Shown here one piece after another: positions 58,976 to 64,000 of a stretch of DNA of 64,000 nt. Below the pieces are notes generated by a model, which was not told where the DNA came from, made no database searches, and saw only the letters and a list, made by a program, of their open reading frames with translations. The translations under genes and the position numbers were made by a program. This DNA comes from an uncultured Solibacteraceae bacterium (GTDB lineage Bacteria; Acidobacteriota; Vicinamibacteria; Vicinamibacterales; SCN-69-37): the NCBI GenBank assembly GCA_964471115.1, contig CAYYFE010000002.1:136388-200387 (forward strand), read 5' to 3'. Within the stretch, counting starts at the first letter, position 1. Each line of letters starts with the position of its first letter.

Positions 58976-59836
58976 ATGGCCGCGCGCGCGACGTGGAAGG
59001 GGTATCTGAAGATCAGCCTGGTGAACATCCCGATCCGGGTGTTTCCGGCCACCGATGCGGCGGCGACGGTCAGCTTCAACCAGTTGCACCGCGAATGCCG
59101 GTCGCGCATCCAGCAGAAGAAGTGGTGCCCGACCTGCCAGACCGAAGTCGCCAACACGGACCTGGTGAAGGGCTACGAATTCGAAAAGGGCAAGTACGTC
59201 GTGATCGAAGAAGACGATCTGGCCAAGGTGCGCACCGAGTCGACGCGGGTGATCAACGTCGTGCAGTTCGCCGAGGCCTCGGTGATCGATCCGGTGTACG
59301 TCGAGCGGCCGTATTACCTGGCCCCGGATGGGCAGGTGGCGGCCGACGCGTTTGCCGTGATGCGCGAGAGCATGCAGGACAAGGCGGCGGTGGGGAAGGT
59401 GGCGTTGTACGGCCGCGAGTACCTGGTGGCGATTCGCCCGCGCGAGAACGGCCTGGTCATGTACACGCTGCGGCACGCCGCGGAAGTGCGGGCCATGAGC
59501 GAGATCGATGAACTGAAGACCGTGCCGGCGAAGATCAAGCCGGATGAACTCAAGCTGGCGCGGCAGGTGATTGGCAACTTCGAGGTGGGCGGCGACCTGA
59601 CGCAGTACAAGGACGCGTATCAGGAAGAGCTGCGCCGTATCATCGACGCCAAGGTGGCCGGCGAGGAGATCGTCGCGCCGATCGACGAAGCGCCGCCGAA
59701 GGTGGTCAATCTGATGGAGGCGCTGCGGCAGAGCCTGGAACGCGTCTCGGCCAACAAGAAGAAGGCGGCCAAGGCGGTCTCCGCCAAGGCCACCGTCAAG
59801 GCCGCCGCGGCGCCGCGCAAGCGCGCCCGCGGCTAG
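58976..59836 (+). CDS. ku: Ku protein (NHEJ DNA-end-binding)
   Basis: ATG 58976 is preceded by GAGGAGA. The sequence is MAARATWKGYLKISLVNIPIRVFPAT...YEFEKGKYVVIEEDDL...RPYYLAPDG, with a Lys/Ala-rich C-terminal tail. The track start at 58853 is over-extended. Confidence 0.9.
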   Translation: MAARATWKGYLKISLVNIPIRVFPATDAAATVSFNQLHRECRSRIQQKKWCPTCQTEVANTDLVKGYEFEKGKYVVIEEDDLAKVRTESTRVINVVQFAEASVIDPVYVERPYYLAPDGQVAADAFAVMRESMQDKAAVGKVALYGREYLVAIRPRENGLVMYTLRHAAEVRAMSEIDELKTVPAKIKPDELKLARQVIGNFEVGGDLTQYKDAYQEELRRIIDAKVAGEEIVAPIDEAPPKVVNLMEALRQSLERVSANKKKAAKAVSAKATVKAAAAPRKRARG

Positions 59837-59851
59837 ACGGGAGCATACGTC

Positions 59852-62224
59852 GTGGACTTCGAGAAGCTGGGACTGTTCTACCTCGGCCGGCCCGTGGATT
59901 CCGCCACAGGCGAGACCCGGCCCGAGCCGTACCTGCTGGATTCACGTGACCTGACGACCCACGCCGTGTGTGTCGGCATGACCGGCAGCGGCAAGACCGG
60001 CTTGTGCCTCGACCTGCTGGAAGAAGCGGCGATCGACGGCATTCCCGTCATTGCGATCGATCCCAAGGGCGACGTCGGCAACCTGCTGCTCACGTTTCCG
60101 GCGCTCGACGCGGCGTCGTTTGCGCCGTGGGTCAATCCCGAAGATGCCGCGCGCGCGGGTGTCTCCGCCGACGCGTTCGCGGCGCAGGAAGCTGAAAAAT
60201 GGCGCGCCGGTCTGGCAGCCTGGGGGCAGGACGCCGCGCGTATCACCCGTCTGCGCTCGGCCGCCGAGTTCGTGATCTACACGCCGGGCTCAAACGCCGG
60301 ACGGCCGCTGTCGATCCTCGACAGCCTGTCGGCGCCGCCGCCCGCCGTGCGCGACGACGCGGAACTGCTGGGGGATCGCGTGTCGAGCACGGTCGGCAGC
60401 CTGCTTGGGCTGCTGGGCCTGGACGCCGACCCGCTGACCAGCCGCGATCACATCCTGCTGTCGACCATCCTCACGCAGACGTGGCAGGCGGGGCAGTCGC
60501 TCGATCTGGGCGCGCTGATTCACGCCATCCAGACGCCGCCGGTGACGCGTGTCGGTGTCCTCGACCTCGAGGCGTTTTATCCGCAGCAGGATCGGTTCGC
60601 GCTGGCGACCCGCGTCAACAACCTGCTGGCGTCTCCGGGGTTTGCCGCGTGGCTCGCCGGCGATCCCCTCGACGTCGGCCGCCTGTTGTTTGGTCCATCC
60701 GGGCGTCCGCGCGTGTCGGTCATCTCGATCGCCCATCTGTCAGACGCCGAGCGCATGTTCGTCGTCGCGCTGTTGCTTGGCGAAATCGTCTCGTGGGTGC
60801 GCACGCAGAGCGGGACGACCAGCCTGCGCGCGCTCATCTACATGGACGAAGTGTTCGGATATCTGCCGCCGACGGCCAATCCGCCCAGCAAGCAGCCCCT
60901 GCTGACGTTGTTCAAACAGGCGCGGGCGTTCGGGGTGGGCGTGTGCCTGGCCACGCAGAACCCGGTCGATCTCGATTACAAGGCTCTGGCCAACGCGGGG
61001 ACGTGGCTCATTGGCCGCCTGCAGACCGAACGCGACCGGCTGCGCCTGCTCGACGGGCTGGAAGGCGCCGCGGGTGGCGCCTTCGATCGCGCGTCGGCGG
61101 AGGCGACGATCACGGCGCTGGGCAAACGCCGGTTCTACGTGCACAACGTCCACGCCAAAGCGCCGGTCGTGATCGAGAGCCGCTGGGCGATGTCGTACCT
61201 GCGCGGCCCGCTCACGCGCGAAGACATCAAGCGGCTGTCACAGGCCGACGCGGCCGTGACACCAGCCGCGGTCTCACCGGCCGCGGCCCCGCCGGTGGCG
61301 CCGGCACCGTCACCCGTCTCCTCCGCCCGACCGCTGCTGCCGCCAGAGATTCCGCAGTTCTTCCTGCCGGGCGTCGCGGGTGCCACGTGGGTGCCGCACC
61401 TGTACGGCGCGGCCGAGGTGGATTTTGTCGACAGCCGCAAGGCCATCAACGAACGCCGGCAGGTGCGGGTGTGGTTGCCGCTCTCGGGCGCCGCGGCCGT
61501 CGTCGACTGGGAACAGGCGCAGCCGGTCACCGTCGAGCCGGCCGATCTGGACTCGAGTCCGTCAGCCGAGGCCGCCTGGGCGCCGTTGCCCGCGCAGGCC
61601 AGTCAGATCAAGACGTTCGCCAAGTGGTCGAAGGATTTCGATCGATGGGTCTCGCGCAGTCAGCGACTCGAGTTGTGGCGGCATCCGGCCAGCGGACGCC
61701 AGTCGCGGCCTGCTGAGGACGAACGCGCCTTCCGCATTCGACTGGCCGAGGAACTGCGTGTCGACCGTGACGCCGCCGTCGACAAGGTCAGGACCCGATA
61801 CGCCTCGAAGCTCGCGGCGGCTTCGGAGAAGGTGCGCAAGGCTGAACTCGCACTGGGCAAGGAACAGCAGGACGTGTCACAGCATCGTGTGCAGGCGGGC
61901 CTGTCGACAGCCGGCACGATTGGCTCGGCCGTGCTGGGCGCCTTGTTCGGCCGGCGCGGTGGCGTGACCGCGACGACGATCGGCAAGGCGACGACGGCGG
62001 CGAAGTCGTGGTCGCGCGGCGGCAAGGAGGCCGAGGATGTGCGGCGCGCCGAGCAGAATCTGACGGCCGCGCAGGAGGCGCTGGCCGCCCTCGAGTCAGA
62101 GGTGGAGGCGGCCATCACGACGGTCGAACAACCCGCGACCGTCGAGACGCTGGAGCCGGTCGCGCTGCAGCCCAAACGCGGCGGCGTGCATGTGCACCTC
62201 GTCGCGCTGGTGTGGAAGCGCTAG
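59852..62224 (+). CDS. HerA/FtsK-superfamily P-loop ATPase (DUF87/DUF853-like) with long C-terminal extension
   Basis: 790 aa from GTG 59852, 15 bp after the ku stop. Walker A is VCVGMTGSGKTG and Walker B is RALIYMDEVFGY. The segment VCLATQNPVDLDYKALANAGTWLIGRLQTERD is present. The C-terminal 330 aa include a Pro/Ala linker and a coiled coil. Confidence 0.75.
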   Translation: MDFEKLGLFYLGRPVDSATGETRPEPYLLDSRDLTTHAVCVGMTGSGKTGLCLDLLEEAAIDGIPVIAIDPKGDVGNLLLTFPALDAASFAPWVNPEDAARAGVSADAFAAQEAEKWRAGLAAWGQDAARITRLRSAAEFVIYTPGSNAGRPLSILDSLSAPPPAVRDDAELLGDRVSSTVGSLLGLLGLDADPLTSRDHILLSTILTQTWQAGQSLDLGALIHAIQTPPVTRVGVLDLEAFYPQQDRFALATRVNNLLASPGFAAWLAGDPLDVGRLLFGPSGRPRVSVISIAHLSDAERMFVVALLLGEIVSWVRTQSGTTSLRALIYMDEVFGYLPPTANPPSKQPLLTLFKQARAFGVGVCLATQNPVDLDYKALANAGTWLIGRLQTERDRLRLLDGLEGAAGGAFDRASAEATITALGKRRFYVHNVHAKAPVVIESRWAMSYLRGPLTREDIKRLSQADAAVTPAAVSPAAAPPVAPAPSPVSSARPLLPPEIPQFFLPGVAGATWVPHLYGAAEVDFVDSRKAINERRQVRVWLPLSGAAAVVDWEQAQPVTVEPADLDSSPSAEAAWAPLPAQASQIKTFAKWSKDFDRWVSRSQRLELWRHPASGRQSRPAEDERAFRIRLAEELRVDRDAAVDKVRTRYASKLAAASEKVRKAELALGKEQQDVSQHRVQAGLSTAGTIGSAVLGALFGRRGGVTATTIGKATTAAKSWSRGGKEAEDVRRAEQNLTAAQEALAALESEVEAAITTVEQPATVETLEPVALQPKRGGVHVHLVALVWKR

Positions 62225-63546
62225 CCCCCAGGTTTCCAGCCGGTCGCCTTCTCGAGTTCCTGCATCAGGTAACGCTCTTCGGCGGGGCCGGGCACGAACG
62301 TCTTGGTGGGCACGGGCACCGACAGGTCGGGCCCTTCCGGCAGTATGGGGACGGGCGGCGTGGCGTTGGCTTCGATCCAGATCCAGCCGGCGAGCGCGCC
62401 CACGCCGGCCGCGGCCACCAGGAGCGTCAAGATCAGGATCACGCCGCGGCGGCCCCGTCGCGGGGCCTCTTCCTCGGCCGGCTGGCCAAATGACAGCGAG
62501 AACTCCGGGTGGGTCGCGCGGTCGGACACCGGCGCCAGACCTTCGTCGAGATTGAGCGTGAGGTCGTCGAGATCGAGCACTGCCGGCGCCGCTGTTGCCG
62601 CTGCGGCTGGCGTCGGGGCGGCCGTCTGGGCCGCGGCCGGTGGCGGCGCGACGGGGACCGGCTCTCCCTGGTCGGCGACACGCGCGACGAGGGAGGGCGT
62701 GATGACATTGGTGCCTTCCACCCGGCCGGCCTCGAGCGCCCGGTCGCAGATCAGGTTGATGCGGCGCGGCACGCCGCGCGCGAGCTCGGCGACGCGGTTG
62801 ACGGCCTCGGCCGTGAACTCCACGGCGTCCTTGCCGCCGGCGACGCTCAGGCGATGCTGGATGTACGCGTCGACTTCGGCCGGCGGCAGGGGACCCAGCA
62901 CCGACCGGCGCGACACGCGTTCGTTGAGCGCCCGCAGCGGCTCGCTCTCCACCATCGTCAGCAGCGAGGGCTGGCCGACGAGGATGATCTGCAGCAGGCG
63001 CTGTCCCTCGAACTCGAAGCCGCCCAGCACCCGAATTTGGTCGAGCACCTTCGAGGCCAGGCTCTGCGCCTCGTCGATGATGACCACCGCGTAGGAGTTG
63101 AGCGGCACGAGCGAGGTGAGGAAGCCTTCGAGCGTGTCGAGCAGCTGCGGCATGTCGGCCTTGGCGAAGGCCCCTTTGCGGATCTCGTCGCGGCTCACGA
63201 GGCCGAAGTCACGCAGGATGACCCGCAGGACTTCGGCGTCGGACATGTACGGATTGAGGATCAGCGCCGAAAACGTGCGCGTGCCCAGCGCGTCGATGAC
63301 CGCCCGGCACAACGTGGTCTTGCCCATGCCGGTCTCGCCGGTCAGCAGCATCAGGCCTTCGCGGCGGCGCAGGCCCGTCAGCAGTTCCTCGTACGCGCGA
63401 CGATGGGCGTCGCTCATGTACAGGAACCGCGGGTCGGTCGTCAGCGCAAACGGCTGCTCGCGGAGGCCATAAAACGCCTCGTACAGCGGCTCGTCCGGCG
63501 CCGCGGGCTCTGCGGGCGGTTGCACGCGCAGATTATAGACGCTCAC
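62221..63546 (-). CDS. ExeA/GspA-like AAA ATPase with C-terminal TM segment
   Basis: 441 aa: YEAFYGLREQPFALTTDPRFLYMSDAHRRAYEELL...LTGETGMGKTTLCRAV...VVIIDEAQSL...LQIILVGQPSL...RINLICDRAL. A Pro/Ala linker and a TM helix (GVILILTLLVAAAGVGALAGWIWI) follow. Confidence 0.8.
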   Translation of the reverse strand: MSVYNLRVQPPAEPAAPDEPLYEAFYGLREQPFALTTDPRFLYMSDAHRRAYEELLTGLRRREGLMLLTGETGMGKTTLCRAVIDALGTRTFSALILNPYMSDAEVLRVILRDFGLVSRDEIRKGAFAKADMPQLLDTLEGFLTSLVPLNSYAVVIIDEAQSLASKVLDQIRVLGGFEFEGQRLLQIILVGQPSLLTMVESEPLRALNERVSRRSVLGPLPPAEVDAYIQHRLSVAGGKDAVEFTAEAVNRVAELARGVPRRINLICDRALEAGRVEGTNVITPSLVARVADQGEPVPVAPPPAAAQTAAPTPAAAATAAPAVLDLDDLTLNLDEGLAPVSDRATHPEFSLSFGQPAEEEAPRRGRRGVILILTLLVAAAGVGALAGWIWIEANATPPVPILPEGPDLSVPVPTKTFVPGPAEERYLMQELEKATGWKPGG

Positions 63547-63564
63547 CGGGGGGCGCGATTAAGA

Positions 63565-63722
63565 GATGGCGAGGTGGCGAGGTGGCGAGATGGCGAGGTG
63601 GCGAGTCACGCGTAGCGCGGCCGGCTCTGGCGGCCGCGGGCTTGCCGAGGTGGCGAGGTGGCGAGGTGGCGAGTCACGCGTAGCGCGGCCGGCTCTGGCG
63701 GCCGCGGGCTTGCCGAGGTGGT
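63565..63722 (+). repeat. Octamer (GGTGGCGA-type) runs alternating with two copies of a 41-bp GC hairpin element (68-bp period)
   Basis: TCACGCGTAGCGCGGCCGGCTCTGGCGGCCGCGGGCTTGCC occurs at 63606 and 63674. Each copy is flanked by (G/A)TGGCGAG repeats. The stem CGCGGCCG/CGGCCGCG has a 7-nt loop. Confidence 0.9.
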
Positions 63723-63744
63723 AAGATGAGGGTCCGGCCGTTGT

Positions 63745-63820
63745 GGTGGGTGTAGCTCAATGGCAGAGCACTGGTCTGTGGCACCAGTTGTTGCGGGTTC
63801 GATTCCCGTCATCCACCCCA
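63745..63820 (+). tRNA. tRNA-His (anticodon GTG) with encoded G-1 and 3' CCA
   Basis: I folded this by hand. G-1 (63745) pairs with C73. The acceptor stem is GTGGGTG/CATCCAC and the D arm is GCTC-AATGGCA-GAGC. The anticodon stem CTGGT/ACCAG has loop CTGTGGC. The T arm is GCGGG-TTCGATT-CCCGT, followed by C-CCA. Confidence 0.9.
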
Positions 63821-63840
63821 TTTCTCATCCAGTTACTTCG

Positions 63841-64000
63841 GCATCTCGCCAGGGCTCGCGGCCGCAAGAACCGGCCGCGCTACGAGCGCCTCGCCACCTC
63901 GGCATCTCGGCAGGGCTCGCGGCCGCAAGAACCGGCCGCGCTACGAGCGCCTCGCCACCTCGCCATCTCGGCAGGGCTCGCGGCCGCAAGAACCGGCCGC
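63841..64000 (-). repeat. At least 2.7 tandem copies of a 60-61-bp unit, the inverted version of the left-flank hairpin element; continues past the window end
   Basis: The unit is GCATCTCG(C/G)CAGGGCTCGCGGCCGCAAGAACCGGCCGCGCTACGAGCGCCTCGCCACCTCG. It is similar to the reverse complement of GTAGCGCGGCCGGCTCTGGCGGCCGCGGGCTTGCC plus the octamers. Confidence 0.85.

Noticed and set aside
63606-63821. 71-aa minus-strand ORF
   Set aside because: It overlaps the hand-folded tRNA-His and the repeat arrays, so it is not a credible CDS.
63565-64000. CRISPR array
   Set aside because: The repeats are directly tandem, or separated only by octamer runs, with no unique spacers. The two sides are inverted around a tRNA, and no cas genes are present in the window. 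The heptamer arrays elsewhere are far too short-period.
63700-64000. Genomic island or integrase at tRNA-His
   Set aside because: No integrase, transposase or phage-like ORF is visible in the window. Sequence beyond 64000 is needed to settle this.

Overview
High-GC bacterial chromosomal segment. Two PadR + duplicated FtsX/MacB-type 'ADOP' permease modules, TonB receptors and secreted proteins with carboxypeptidase-regulatory-like domains, and ToxR-like/TPR regulators suggest an Acidobacteria-like genome (inference only). About 60 protein genes are supportable, plus one tRNA-His(GTG). I saw no rRNA, CRISPR array, transposase or integrase.

Main functional blocks:
- A BlaI / M56 (BlaR1-like) / serine-hydrolase module with TACA-TGTA operator boxes.
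- A DesK-type two-component operon.
- A VapBC toxin-antitoxin pair.
- An unannotated 30-codon Cys-rich ORF, 1 nt upstream of a CorE-like ECF sigma factor.
- A MacA-like adaptor with two ATPase-less permeases.
- A TonB-dependent receptor.
- A TetR regulator with a rifampicin-phosphotransferase-like PEP enzyme.
- A thioesterase + fatty-acid desaturase pair.
- A secreted-protein operon of unknown function (30479-36177), divergent from a ToxR-like/TPR regulator and containing an in-frame TAG.
- A Sec-type (clade II) nitrous-oxide reductase cluster: azurin-nosZ-nosB-like-nosD-nosF-nosY, divergent from a CusF-Sco fusion and ctaA.
- A probable NO-stress neighbourhood: radical-SAM-like gene, small Cys protein, RIC/YtfE, a Crp/Fnr regulator and a His-rich membrane protein.
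- An NHEJ locus: LigD and Ku, with Ku followed by a HerA/FtsK-like ATPase.

The most striking non-genic signal is several families of 7-9 nt tandem repeats and REP-like hairpins. They fill many intergenic gaps, always in the same strand orientation. In three cases they extend into coding sequence (ECF sigma tail, ArsR tail, GluQRS zinc loop). Inverted arrays of 60-68 bp repeats also flank tRNA-His.

All functional calls come from reading the translations and recalling family motifs. No database search was possible.
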